64,000 bases of DNA from NCBI GenBank assembly GCA_026413865.1, contig JAOAKB010000004.1, positions 1,664-65,663 of the forward strand, written 5' to 3'. Position 1 is the stretch's first letter. Each line of letters opens with the position of its first letter. Position numbers and translations under genes: made by a program. The DNA comes from Nitrososphaeria archaeon. Lineage in GTDB: Archaea; Thermoproteota; Nitrososphaeria; JACIWG01. Shown here one piece after another: positions 40,064-50,048 of this stretch. The notes beneath the pieces were generated by a model. The model saw only the letters and a list, made by a program, of their open reading frames with translations. It did not search any database and was not told the origin of the DNA.

Positions 40064-40285
40064 ATGGAAAACGGGATAGAAGAGAGAGAATACAGGTTAC
40101 TTGAAGAACTAATGTTTTCATATAATGCGACATCAGAAAAGAATGCTGTCTCAAAAGAAAATCTTATTTCAAAATTGAGTAAACTAGAGTTTTTTAAAGA
40201 AAAAGGCTATATTATGGAGCTTTCGGACGGCAGAATATTTCTTACACCAAAAGGCATGCAAGCACTTTTAGCACACTTTAGCTAA
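40064..40285 (+). CDS. Small winged-helix-like protein (73 aa), function unknown
   Basis: Helix-rich N-terminus followed by KGYIMELSDGRIFLTPKG, which looks like a wing hairpin. It directly follows the histidine kinase. Confidence 0.45.
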   Translation: MENGIEEREYRLLEELMFSYNATSEKNAVSKENLISKLSKLEFFKEKGYIMELSDGRIFLTPKGMQALLAHFS

Positions 40286-40340
40286 AAATTTTTAATATAA
40301 AATATAATAAGCACTACAACATTACCAATAATGTTGTAAT

Positions 40341-40646
40341 ATGAGCATGGATAAAGCGGATAAAATGTTAATAGAGGCAATAGATGAAGCTTTATCCATA
40401 CTAGGAAATAAGGCTAAAGAGATAATATACTATTTCTTAGATAAAGAATATGGGCTTAAAAGGGAAGAGATTTCATCAAATTTAAAGGGCTTCCATGATG
40501 GATTACACATGCTTTTTGGAATAGGCGCAAACATTATCGAGAAACACATCTATAACTGTGCCCAGAACAAGATTGGAGTTAGAATTCGAATAGAGCCAGA
40601 ACAAGATTTTGTTGAAGTTTTAAATAAACTAAAATCTTTCACCTAA
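40341..40646 (+). CDS. Small helical protein (101 aa), paralog of 47373..47738
   Basis: Shares LS[IV]LG...FL...LK..EE[IV]...F...L...FG[IL]GA...I....IG[VI]...FVE with the ORF at 47373. Confidence 0.55.
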   Translation: MSMDKADKMLIEAIDEALSILGNKAKEIIYYFLDKEYGLKREEISSNLKGFHDGLHMLFGIGANIIEKHIYNCAQNKIGVRIRIEPEQDFVEVLNKLKSFT

Positions 40647-42041
40647 CCTCCCCTTTTCTTTGAAAAAGTGAATAGGCTTTCCTACAGCATCTTCAGCAGC
40701 CTCCATTAATGCTTCAGAAATTGTTGGATGAGGATGCATCACAGAAGCCAATTTCCTAGCATCCAAACCCAATTCTACAGCAAGAGAAGCTTCACCAGCC
40801 AATTCGGAAACTTTAGCACCAACCATCTGTATGCCGATAACTCTAAAATCCTTTTTGTCTACAACAATTTTTACAAACCCCTCAGGAGAAGCTTCAGTAA
40901 GAGCCCTTCCTGAAGCATGCAATGGAAACCTGCCTACTGTAACATCAAAGCCATTCTTTCTTGCATCATCTTCACAAAAGCCTACAGAAACTACTTCTGG
41001 CTCAGAAAATATTACATTCGGTACAGCCCTAAAATTGTATTTAGCATTCTTTCCACATATGACTTCAGCGGCAACAAGACCTTGTTTAAAAGCCTTGTGA
41101 GCAAGATACGGTGGACCAGCAACATCTCCGACTGCATAAATGTTCGGAACATTAGACCTTAAAAATTCATCAACCAAAATATGATCCCTACTATCTAATA
41201 GGACACCAGCATCCTTCAAACCAGCTATAGGAGAAGGTCTTCTTCCAGCAGCAACAAGAACCTTTTCAACCCTAATAACTTCTTCTCCATTAGGTAAGCT
41301 AATTTTTGCTTCAACATCACCATCTGTATAAGATGCCTTCGACAATAAGGCACTTGTGTAAACTTTAACACCAAGCCTTGAAAGAGAACGCAAAAGATAT
41401 CTGGAAACATCTCTATCGAAGCCTGGTAGTAGTTGATTCATAACCTCAACTAAGATTACTTTAACATCAAGCTTAGATAGGGCTGAAGCAAATTCTACAC
41501 CAATGGCACCACCTCCAACTATTAGAATACTTTCAGGCAACTCTTCTAGGCTAAAAAAATCTCTTGAAGAAATAATTTTTTTACCATCAAAGGGCAAATT
41601 AGGTAACTGCATAGGTACAGAGCCTGATGCTACAACAACGTTTTCAGTTTCAAGTTCAGAAAAATGTTCGTTAACCTTTAAAGCAACAATATTTCTTGAC
41701 TTTAATAGAGCGTCACCTTCAAAAATATTAACACCATTTTTTTCGCAAAGAAAACGTATACCATTCCTAAGCTGTAAGACAATCTTATTCTTCCAAAAAC
41801 TAAATGTTTGAAAACTGTATTTTGGTTCAGCCAAGACACCAAGGTCTTTTCCACGTTTAGACTTCCAGAAAATGTTAGCGGATTCAATAAAAGCTTTGGT
41901 AGGTATGCATCCATAGTTTGTGCATTCTCCACCAAAATAATGTTTTTCAACCAAGGCTGTCTTTAAACCAAGCTGAGCAAGTCTAATTGCTGCAACATAT
42001 CCAGCTGGACCAGCACCAACAACCACAGCATTATATACCAT
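40629..42041 (-). CDS. lpdA: Dihydrolipoyl dehydrogenase-like flavoprotein disulfide reductase
   Basis: VVVGAGPAGYVAA, redox disulfide GGECTNYGCIPTK, and C-terminal HPHPTISE. Confidence 0.85.
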   Translation of the reverse strand: MVYNAVVVGAGPAGYVAAIRLAQLGLKTALVEKHYFGGECTNYGCIPTKAFIESANIFWKSKRGKDLGVLAEPKYSFQTFSFWKNKIVLQLRNGIRFLCEKNGVNIFEGDALLKSRNIVALKVNEHFSELETENVVVASGSVPMQLPNLPFDGKKIISSRDFFSLEELPESILIVGGGAIGVEFASALSKLDVKVILVEVMNQLLPGFDRDVSRYLLRSLSRLGVKVYTSALLSKASYTDGDVEAKISLPNGEEVIRVEKVLVAAGRRPSPIAGLKDAGVLLDSRDHILVDEFLRSNVPNIYAVGDVAGPPYLAHKAFKQGLVAAEVICGKNAKYNFRAVPNVIFSEPEVVSVGFCEDDARKNGFDVTVGRFPLHASGRALTEASPEGFVKIVVDKKDFRVIGIQMVGAKVSELAGEASLAVELGLDARKLASVMHPHPTISEALMEAAEDAVGKPIHFFKEKGRLGERF

Positions 42042-42122
42042 GATAATGGTTAGAATTAGAAAAAATTAAAGCTTTCCCCAAAAACCTTTTAATAGAGTAA
42101 AAGTGGAGAGCTAGAGAAAAAT

Positions 42123-42695
42123 ATGTGGGAACAGGTTCTAGTCTTAGACTTTGATGGCGTTATAGTAAAACTTAACGTTGAATGGCCAAAAGTTTACAAT
42201 AAGGTTTCAGAGCTAGCAGGCTACCCTGTCACAGACCTTATAACATTCTGGAAAAACACATTTGGAACAGAACTATATTATAAGGCTAACAAAATTATTG
42301 AAGAATATGAGATGATGGCGCTTTCAAAGAGTAGCATATACGCCGATGTTTACGAGGCACTAAAAATTTTTAATGGAACAACCTATCTTGCTTCAATGCA
42401 ATCACAGAAAGTTTTAGAAAGTTTTCTAGAAGAAAATGGGTTAAAATCGTACTTTAAAGAAGTTTTGGGAAGAGAAAGATTTGGAGTAAAAAGAAGACAA
42501 CTGGAATACATTATTGAAAGGGAGAAGGGAAAAAGAATTTACTTTATAGACGACTTGCAGAGAAACCTTGATGATTGCAGCGACCTTGACATAAAATGCA
42601 TTCTGATAAAAAGGTGGGAAGGAGAAAGTCTGCTCCAGAAGATTAAAGAAATATTTGAAATAAGGAAGACTTCAGCATTTTTGGGCTTATTGTAG
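42123..42695 (+). CDS. HAD-superfamily hydrolase
   Basis: N-terminal LVLDFDGV is the DxDG motif, and C-terminal YFIDD is present. Confidence 0.65.
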   Translation: MWEQVLVLDFDGVIVKLNVEWPKVYNKVSELAGYPVTDLITFWKNTFGTELYYKANKIIEEYEMMALSKSSIYADVYEALKIFNGTTYLASMQSQKVLESFLEENGLKSYFKEVLGRERFGVKRRQLEYIIEREKGKRIYFIDDLQRNLDDCSDLDIKCILIKRWEGESLLQKIKEIFEIRKTSAFLGLL

Positions 42696-43121
42696 ACTTT
42701 TCCAGCTATTATCGGCTGGCCTAAATTTGAACCCATAGCTTATTATTCCTTCCCCATCTTGTTCGAAAAGTTTTCTAAAACAGACTTCTACAGCCATTCC
42801 TATTTTAACTTCTTCAGGTTTACAGTCCACTATCTGTGACATTACCTTTGGACCCTCCTCTAGTTCTACTAGTGCCAAAATGTATGGCGTATATTTTTCA
42901 AACATCTTTGGCGCTGAATGAATTATTGTGTAAGAATATATTTTACCTTTTCCAGAAAATTCTGTTTGAACTATCCTTCCTTTTCTCCTGCATTTGGGAC
43001 AGACCTTTGTTGGAGGAAAGAAGGTGCTACCACAGTTTTCGCATTTTGATCCCAGTAGACGGTACCTTTCTTTTGCTCTTCTCCAATGTGCGGGTGGCGC
43101 AATATGGCTCAACCATTTCAC
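42687..43121 (-). CDS. DUF35 OB-fold/zinc-ribbon protein (scaffold of the archaeal thiolase/HMG-CoA synthase complex)
   Basis: CENCGSTFFPPTKVCPKC zinc ribbon plus OB fold. It overlaps the thiolase gene by 4 nt. Confidence 0.85.
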   Translation of the reverse strand: MKWLSHIAPPAHWRRAKERYRLLGSKCENCGSTFFPPTKVCPKCRRKGRIVQTEFSGKGKIYSYTIIHSAPKMFEKYTPYILALVELEEGPKVMSQIVDCKPEEVKIGMAVEVCFRKLFEQDGEGIISYGFKFRPADNSWKSLQ

Positions 43122-44293
43122 CTCCTAGCCAAAATTGTTACTACAGCCGTCGCCCCTGAACCACCTACATTATGTGCTAAACCTATTTCCGCATTGTTAA
43201 CCTGTCTTCCTCTCTCAACTTCACCTCTTAATTGTTTAACAATTTCCACTATCTGCTTAACTCCTGTTGCTCCAACAGGATGACCTGAGGCTTTTAAGCC
43301 TCCGTCCGTGTTTACAGGAAGATTTCCTCCAACATATGTTTGCCCTTCATCACACACCTTCCACCCTTCACCCTTCTTCGCAAAACCTAGGTCTTCTATC
43401 GCAAGCACTTCAGCAATAGTGAAACAGTCATGTACTTCTATCAAGTTTACTTGACTTCTTTCTATATGCGCTAGCCTGAAAGCTTTTTCTGCAGCATTTA
43501 CTGTAGCATCCAATGTACATATGTCTCTTCTTTTAAGCAGACTTAGTGTATCGGAGGCCATTACAGAAGATTTTACTATTATAGGTGTATCGGTATACTT
43601 TCTTGCTATTTCTAAAGGTGCAAGTATCACTAATGCTGCACCATCAGATATCGGACAACAGTCATATTTTCCCAGAGGCTCAGCAACCATTGGCGCAGAC
43701 AACGCTTCCTCCAAACTTATCCTGTTCATAAAGTGTGCTAGAGAATTCATGCTACCATGATAATGATTTTTTACAGCAACCTTTGCCAAAGTTTCCTTCT
43801 TTAAACCATACTCATACATATATCTTCTTGCCATAAGAGCATATATTCCTGGAAATGTTGCTCCAAAATAGGCTTCCCATTCAAAGTCCATTGCACCAGA
43901 AAGTGCTGTTGTAGCATGCTCCTGTTCAACGTCAGTCATCTTTTCAACACCGCCTACGGCAACAATATCATAAAGGCCTGAGGCAACAGCCATATATCCT
44001 TGGAAGAATGCTATACCTCCAGAAGCACATGCACCTTCAACCCTTAATGATGGAATTGGGTTTAAACCAAGAAAATCCGCTACAAGCGCACCTATATGCT
44101 CTTGGCCAACAAACATTCCACCAGACATGTTTCCTACAACAAGGTACTCGATATCCTTTCCACTTATACCAGCTTCTTCAACAGCCTTTACTCCAGCTTC
44201 CCAAGCTAAATCCTTTAGCCCCTTATCCCACTGCTCACCACATTTTGTTGCAGCAGCAGATATTATAGCAACATCCCTTTTCTTATACATCAT
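43118..44293 (-). CDS. Acetyl-CoA acetyltransferase (archaeal thiolase)
   Basis: Active-site EGACASGG and C-terminal GHPVGATG. The start MMYKKRDVAII at 44293 overlaps the HMGCS stop. Confidence 0.9.
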   Translation of the reverse strand: MMYKKRDVAIISAAATKCGEQWDKGLKDLAWEAGVKAVEEAGISGKDIEYLVVGNMSGGMFVGQEHIGALVADFLGLNPIPSLRVEGACASGGIAFFQGYMAVASGLYDIVAVGGVEKMTDVEQEHATTALSGAMDFEWEAYFGATFPGIYALMARRYMYEYGLKKETLAKVAVKNHYHGSMNSLAHFMNRISLEEALSAPMVAEPLGKYDCCPISDGAALVILAPLEIARKYTDTPIIVKSSVMASDTLSLLKRRDICTLDATVNAAEKAFRLAHIERSQVNLIEVHDCFTIAEVLAIEDLGFAKKGEGWKVCDEGQTYVGGNLPVNTDGGLKASGHPVGATGVKQIVEIVKQLRGEVERGRQVNNAEIGLAHNVGGSGATAVVTILARR

Positions 44294-44294
44294 A

Positions 44295-45338
44295 TCAACC
44301 TCTGTATAGACACTTGCTTCTCGCATACAATGCATAGTCTATATACTCCTTTCTTTCAACATAATATTTCACAGACGGGGCAAGATTACGCCTCTCCTCT
44401 ATAAGGTCCCTTACTATTATACTGAAAGAGTCCGAACCAGCTCCAGAACCATATGATGTTAAAAGAATTCTTTCACCAGACTTTGCGACATCTAAGACAG
44501 CAGCGAGACCTAAAAGAGATGACCCAGAATAGGTGTTTCCAATCTTTTCTACAACAAGTCCAATACGAACCTGTTCTATTGTAAAACCTAAAATTTTTGC
44601 AGCTCTCAAAGGAAACTTTCCATTAGGCATATGAAATACTACATAATTGTAGTCTGAAACATTTGTTCCAAGCCTTTCCATAAGACCCTTACTAGCTTTT
44701 ACCACATGCTCAAAATATGCTGGCTCACCAGTAAACCTTCCACCATGCCTGGGATATGGTGCACCCTCCCTTCTCCAAAAGTCTGGAACATCTTGTGTAT
44801 AAGAGAATGTACCCTCAATTTCTGCAACCAAATTTTCGCTACCAATAATATATGCTGCAGCTCCAGCTGAGGCAGTATACTCTAGAGCGTCTCCGGGAGC
44901 ACTCTGAGCCGTGTCAGCACCAATGCTCATACCATACTTAATGTATCCTCCCTTAACAAGACCCATACATGCTTGAATACCTGCAGTAGCAGCCTTACAA
45001 GCAAATTCAAGGTCAGCAGCAGTAGTATCTGGTACTATGCCTAAGGCTTCTGCAACCGTTGCAGCTGTAGGCTTAACCGCATACGGGTGAGATTCTGAAC
45101 CAACATATACTGCTCCAATTTCAGATGGTTTAACATCCTTAGCCCTCTTTAAGGCATTTCTTGCAGCTTCAACAGCCAACGTTGCTGTATCTTCATCTAA
45201 TGATGGCACAGACTTTTCTAGGACGCCAAGACCACTTTTTATCGAACCAGCATCATGACCCCACACTCTAGCAATATCTTCAACCCTTATCCTATATTTT
45301 GGAATATATGCACCATATCCGACAATACCTACACTCAT
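44295..45338 (-). CDS. Hydroxymethylglutaryl-CoA synthase (archaeal)
   Basis: [27 protein letters not shown] and FHMPNGKF. The alternative GTG start is at 45347. Confidence 0.9.
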   Translation of the reverse strand: MSVGIVGYGAYIPKYRIRVEDIARVWGHDAGSIKSGLGVLEKSVPSLDEDTATLAVEAARNALKRAKDVKPSEIGAVYVGSESHPYAVKPTAATVAEALGIVPDTTAADLEFACKAATAGIQACMGLVKGGYIKYGMSIGADTAQSAPGDALEYTASAGAAAYIIGSENLVAEIEGTFSYTQDVPDFWRREGAPYPRHGGRFTGEPAYFEHVVKASKGLMERLGTNVSDYNYVVFHMPNGKFPLRAAKILGFTIEQVRIGLVVEKIGNTYSGSSLLGLAAVLDVAKSGERILLTSYGSGAGSDSFSIIVRDLIEERRNLAPSVKYYVERKEYIDYALYARSKCLYRG

Positions 45339-45468
45339 AACCTTCACTCTTTTACGAATGCCAGCACGCTCTAAAACAACTATTTAAGATTTCTATCTAA
45401 AATAAAATGTTTGGAGAACGACTAATTTTTTGAAAAACTTTTATAGCATTAAACCAAATTTTTATTCG

Positions 45469-46878
45469 ATGATTAAAGATAGCATCTTTAGAGCATATGA
45501 TATTAGAGGAATATATGGTGTCGACATAGACGAGAATGTTGCAAAACATGTTGGAAAAGCACTTGGAACATTTCTAGGTGGAAAAGGCAAAAGCGTAGCA
45601 ATAGGATATGATGTGAGAAAAAGCAGCCCAACACTTAAGAAAGCACTAGTTGAAGGACTTACTTCATCAGGTGTAAACGTATGGGATATAGGGCTAGTGC
45701 CGACACCAACAGTATATTTTGCTATATCACATTTTGGCTTAGATGGCGGTGCCATTGTAAGCGCAAGCCATAACCCACCAGAATGGAACGGATTCAAACT
45801 TTGTAAAGAGAAGGCAATGTTATGCGGCTGGGGCATGGGTTTAGAAAAGATAAAGGAAATAATATCTTCAAAAGCCTATATTGATGGAGAAGCAGGAAAT
45901 GTATTAGACAAGGCCGAGGAAGTGAATAATGTTTACCAAAAGTTTTTGCTTGAAAGGACAAATATTAGGAGAAGACTAAAGGTTTTAGTAGACCCAGGCA
46001 ATGGTTCATGCTCACAATATGCTGACAAAATTCTTGAAAAGGCAAGATTAGAGGTTGTGGCAATAAACAACTTTCCAGACGGAAGTTTTCCAGCACGTTC
46101 ACCAGAGCCAACAGACGAATCACTCAAGGAGGTTAAGAAAATGGTTGTAGAAAATGGATTCGATTTTGCAGTAGCATATGATGGAGATGGAGACCGTGCA
46201 GTCTTCATAGACAACCATGGAAGAGTTATTGAAGGAGACAAGATGCTAGCCCTACTAATAAGACATTTTATACATAAAGCTGATGAAAAGGTTGTCTATG
46301 AGGTAAGCTGCTCAAAACTACTTGACGATATTGTTAAAGAAAAGGGCATTATCCCAATAATATCTAAGGTTGGACATTCATTCATACTTGAGAAAATGAT
46401 TATAGAAAACGCTATATTTGGAGGAGAAATTGCAAGCCACCTATATTTTAGGGACGTGTATGGAGCAGATGATGCAATATATGCAACATTAAAGGTTGCA
46501 GAAATGCTTTCAGCTTCACACGAAAGCCTTGCAGAAATGGTTAACAATCTACCAAAATATCAGACCACAAGAATAGTATTCAGTGTACCAGATGAAATAA
46601 AATTTTTTGTAATAGCAAAGTTAAACACAAAAGTTATTGAAAAAGGTTTTACACCCATTACATTAGATGGAGTAAGGGTAAATTTGGATAACGGATGGTT
46701 TATTGTAAGAGCATCAAATACACTACCACAGATAAAGGCTACAATAGAAGCAAAAGATAGCAACAGCCTATCAAAACTAGAAAATGAGGTAATAAGTCTC
46801 GTAACCGAGTCAGTAAAAGAAGTTAAAGGATTAGACAGAGAAGCGCAAGTAGAATTTAAAAGGGTGTCTATAACATGA
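45469..46878 (+). CDS. Phosphoglucomutase/phosphomannomutase family protein
   Basis: FRAYDIRG, active-site SASHNPPEWNGFK, and metal site YDGDGDR. Confidence 0.9.
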   Translation: MIKDSIFRAYDIRGIYGVDIDENVAKHVGKALGTFLGGKGKSVAIGYDVRKSSPTLKKALVEGLTSSGVNVWDIGLVPTPTVYFAISHFGLDGGAIVSASHNPPEWNGFKLCKEKAMLCGWGMGLEKIKEIISSKAYIDGEAGNVLDKAEEVNNVYQKFLLERTNIRRRLKVLVDPGNGSCSQYADKILEKARLEVVAINNFPDGSFPARSPEPTDESLKEVKKMVVENGFDFAVAYDGDGDRAVFIDNHGRVIEGDKMLALLIRHFIHKADEKVVYEVSCSKLLDDIVKEKGIIPIISKVGHSFILEKMIIENAIFGGEIASHLYFRDVYGADDAIYATLKVAEMLSASHESLAEMVNNLPKYQTTRIVFSVPDEIKFFVIAKLNTKVIEKGFTPITLDGVRVNLDNGWFIVRASNTLPQIKATIEAKDSNSLSKLENEVISLVTESVKEVKGLDREAQVEFKRVSIT

Positions 46879-47261
46879 GATACAGGCTGATGGATATTCT
46901 AGCATGCCCAATATGCAAAAACTTCCCCCTAAAACTTTACATGTTCGAACAGACTGAACTAAAAATTACAGAAGCACCAAAAAATACATGCGAACTATTC
47001 TGCGCCTACAAGAACATTAAGCCAGAAAACATGGAAAAAAACAGTCTTTTACAAGAATGCATAAAATGTTTAGCATACAATATAAAATGGGGTATAATAG
47101 TCTGTGAAAAATGTGGAAGATGGTACCCAATATCAGAAGAAATTCCAATAATGCTACCGGATGAAATGCGCAAAGTAGAAGACGATATAAATTTCCTAAA
47201 AATGTTCGAGAAAAATGTGCCAGATGATATACTTAAAAAGGGAAAACCACACCATCTTTAA
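46875..47261 (+). CDS. Trm112-like zinc-ribbon protein
   Basis: LACPICK...CEKCGRWYPISEEIPIML. It overlaps the PGM/PMM gene with an ATGA stop-start. At 128 aa it is longer than minimal Trm112, with a Cys-containing insert. Confidence 0.7.
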   Translation: MRYRLMDILACPICKNFPLKLYMFEQTELKITEAPKNTCELFCAYKNIKPENMEKNSLLQECIKCLAYNIKWGIIVCEKCGRWYPISEEIPIMLPDEMRKVEDDINFLKMFEKNVPDDILKKGKPHHL

Positions 47262-47372
47262 AAATTTATATAATAGTATAAGAACATACTTTGCAAATGA
47301 AAAGAAACAAGCTTACAAAACCACTAAAATTTTCTATTTATAAAAAATTTTTAAATAGAAAAATCTTATCAT

Positions 47373-47738
47373 TTGATGTGCCAAATAATGGTAATAATTA
47401 CAAAAGGTGAAACTTTGGAATACAAGGCTTTCAAAAAAGTTGTCAAAGACTCCATTGAAACAGGCCTTTCAGTATTAGGAGAAGGTCCAAAAAATGCTAT
47501 AATAACCCACTTTTTAAAAAGAAATAATTTAAAGTCACTAGAAGAAGTAGCAGAATATCCGAGAGAGTTTGAAGAATTTCTAAAATCTGTTTTCGGCTTA
47601 GGAGCACCATACCTTATCAAAACGATAGTTAAAAAAATGTATGAGAGTATTGGAATAGACTATATTTCTACAGAAACAGGATTTGTAGAATCGGTTTCAG
47701 AAATTAAAAAGATGATACAGCCAACAAAAAAGTTATAA
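47373..47738 (+). CDS. Small helical protein (about 115-121 aa), paralog of 40341..40646
   Basis: See 40341..40646 for the shared motifs, including LSVLGEG...FLK...FGLGA...IGI...FVES. Confidence 0.55.
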   Translation: MMCQIMVIITKGETLEYKAFKKVVKDSIETGLSVLGEGPKNAIITHFLKRNNLKSLEEVAEYPREFEEFLKSVFGLGAPYLIKTIVKKMYESIGIDYISTETGFVESVSEIKKMIQPTKKL

Positions 47739-47799
47739 AATTTGGCAACTTTTTAAAAAAGTATATATAATAAAGATAATTTAATTTTTTGGATGAAAT

Positions 47800-48306
47800 A
47801 TGATCAGAAAGATTACTGAAAAGAATCTTACTGAAGGATTTGCTGGAGAAAGTATGGCACACATGAGATATCTAATATTTTCTGAAATTGCGGAGAAAGA
47901 AGGTTTTTCTAATGTTGCAAGACTTTTTAAGGCAATAGCTTATGCAGAATATGTTCACGCAAAAAACCATCTAAACGTTTTAGGAAAAGTTAAGAAGTCA
48001 AAAGAAAATTTGGATGCTGCAATCGAAGGCGAAACATATGAGGTTGAGGAAATGTATCCAGCATTTAAGGCTGTTGCAGAACTTCAGAAAGAGAATCTGG
48101 CTCTAAGGTCATTTGACTGGGCATATAATGCAGAAAAAATACATGCGAAAATGTACGAGAACGCTAAGGCTTCTGTTGAAAAAGGTGTAGACGCTAAAAT
48201 TGGAGACATATACATTTGTCCACTATGTGGATATACTGTAGAAGGTGAGCCACCAGAAAAATGTCCAATATGTGGAGCGAAAAAAGAATCTTTCAAAAAG
48301 TTTTAG
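47800..48306 (+). CDS. rbr: Rubrerythrin
   Basis: Ferritin-like diiron ExxH-type helices (GESMAHMRY, EGETYEVEEMYP) plus a C-terminal rubredoxin CPLCGY...CPICGA. Confidence 0.9.
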   Translation: MIRKITEKNLTEGFAGESMAHMRYLIFSEIAEKEGFSNVARLFKAIAYAEYVHAKNHLNVLGKVKKSKENLDAAIEGETYEVEEMYPAFKAVAELQKENLALRSFDWAYNAEKIHAKMYENAKASVEKGVDAKIGDIYICPLCGYTVEGEPPEKCPICGAKKESFKKF

Positions 48307-48392
48307 GAAAAGTCTGAAATACTCTATTAAACTAAATTTAGCCAACATACATCATACTAAGGGTCAAATAAACCAATTATACCATAATTTTT

Positions 48393-49697
48393 TTAATAAT
48401 TGGATATCAGTCCTGAAAGCTTTAACTGTTCAAACTTTCTTCTAGCATTAAATATTATTTCCCTAGCGTAATCGTATTCCTTTTGCATACTTGTCTTTTT
48501 TCTAGCAAGATCTTCTAAACTTGCCTGATATGCTGCCGCAGCAGCTTCTCTTGGATAAACATCCCATTCTTCCATTGTTGGAACAATATATTCTTCACTT
48601 AGACCCTTTTCTTCAGCCATCTTAGCTATTTCATATGCTGCTGCAAGACACATTCCGTCAGAAATTCCTTTTGCCCTAACATCAAGTGCACCTCTAAATA
48701 TTCCCGGAAACACTAGTGAATTGTTTAACTGGTTAGGAAAATCAGACCTTGCTGTTGCAACAACTTTAGCGCCAGCATCCTTTGCTTCATAAGGCCATAT
48801 CTCCGGTATAGGATTTGCGCAAGAAAATACTATAGGATTATCATTCATTTTCTTTATCCATTCCTTTTTAATAACACCTGGACCCTGCCTTGACATTGCA
48901 ATACACACATCTGCACCATCTAATGCTTCAGCAATACCCCCATCCTTCCCCTCAAAATTAGTTCTCAAACATAGAGCCCACTTATATGGCTCACTTTTTT
49001 CAAGATCTCTCCTGTTCCTACTTAATATTCCCTTACTGTCAACCATCACAATCTTTCCCTCATTAACACCAGCCTTAACAATAAGCCTTTCAACACTAAC
49101 ATTTGCAGCACCAACACCCACCATTGCAACATTAACTTCATCCAACTTTTTTCCAACAACCTTTAAAGCATTAATTAGACCAGCACAGACAATTGTAGCA
49201 GTACCTTGTTGATCATCATGCCAAACAGGTATCGAAAGCTCATGCTTCAACCTTTCCAGCAGGGAAAAGCATTTTGGCTTCTCTATATCCTCCAAATTTA
49301 TACCCCCAAAAGAGGGTTCAACAGCCTTAACAATTCCAACAATCCTTTCCTCATCAGTGGTATTAAGGCATAGGGGAACAGCGTCAACACCACCCAAGTA
49401 TTTGAAGAGAAGAGCTTTACCCTCCATTACTGGAAGAGCAGCTTCAGGCCCAATATTTCCTAAACCAAGAACTCTAGTACCATCAGAGACTACAGCTATA
49501 GTGTTCCACTTTAATGTTAAGTCAAAAACTCTATCCCTTTCAGCCAATATTGTCTTACATACTTCAGCAACACCAGGAGTATACCATACTGCAAAATCTT
49601 CTAAACTAGAAATCCAGCACTTTGGAATAGTCTCAATTTTTCCTTGATAATATGCATGCAGTTTAACAGCATCCTTACCAGAAACATTATCATCCAA
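48393..49697 (-). CDS. NAD(P)-dependent malic enzyme (short prokaryotic type)
   Basis: VVSDGTRVLGLGNIGPEAALPVMEGKALLFK and GVGAANV Rossmann motif, 434 aa. Confidence 0.9.
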   Translation of the reverse strand: MDDNVSGKDAVKLHAYYQGKIETIPKCWISSLEDFAVWYTPGVAEVCKTILAERDRVFDLTLKWNTIAVVSDGTRVLGLGNIGPEAALPVMEGKALLFKYLGGVDAVPLCLNTTDEERIVGIVKAVEPSFGGINLEDIEKPKCFSLLERLKHELSIPVWHDDQQGTATIVCAGLINALKVVGKKLDEVNVAMVGVGAANVSVERLIVKAGVNEGKIVMVDSKGILSRNRRDLEKSEPYKWALCLRTNFEGKDGGIAEALDGADVCIAMSRQGPGVIKKEWIKKMNDNPIVFSCANPIPEIWPYEAKDAGAKVVATARSDFPNQLNNSLVFPGIFRGALDVRAKGISDGMCLAAAYEIAKMAEEKGLSEEYIVPTMEEWDVYPREAAAAAYQASLEDLARKKTSMQKEYDYAREIIFNARRKFEQLKLSGLISNY

Positions 49698-49826
49698 TTT
49701 TTATCCACAAAGGGTTGAATGCCACATACTTATATATCTATAACATGAACACCCCTTTTTAGAGAATATTTTAAAATTTTTAGAAAAGATTAAATTTTGC
49801 CAAACTAAAATTTTAGTTGACCAAAA

Positions 49827-50048
49827 ATGAAACTTAAGCTCTTTAGTCCACTCTCTGAAATCTTAGGTTTTAAAGAGAAGGAGATAAGATTGTCTGGAAA
49901 GGTTAGGATAAATGATATTCCAGAACTTTCTAAAATCAAGCTTGAAGAATATGTTATTTCATTAAACAAGGTTAGGGTTGTTTCAGCTGACACAGAAGTA
50001 GAAGATAAGGACGAGATATGGATATTGCCTCCAATAGACGGAGGATAA
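49827..50048 (+). CDS. MoaD/ThiS/SAMP-type ubiquitin-like beta-grasp protein ending in Gly-Gly
   Basis: 73 aa. The C-terminus DKDEIWILPPIDGG-stop matches the dgDev.i.PPvsGG pattern. Confidence 0.75.
   Translation: MKLKLFSPLSEILGFKEKEIRLSGKVRINDIPELSKIKLEEYVISLNKVRVVSADTEVEDKDEIWILPPIDGG

Noticed and set aside
45462-46763. Series of minus-strand ORFs (124, 102, 83 and 67 aa) opposite the phosphoglucomutase gene.
   Set aside because: They are antisense shadows. The plus strand encodes the SASHNP active site and the DGDGDR metal site.
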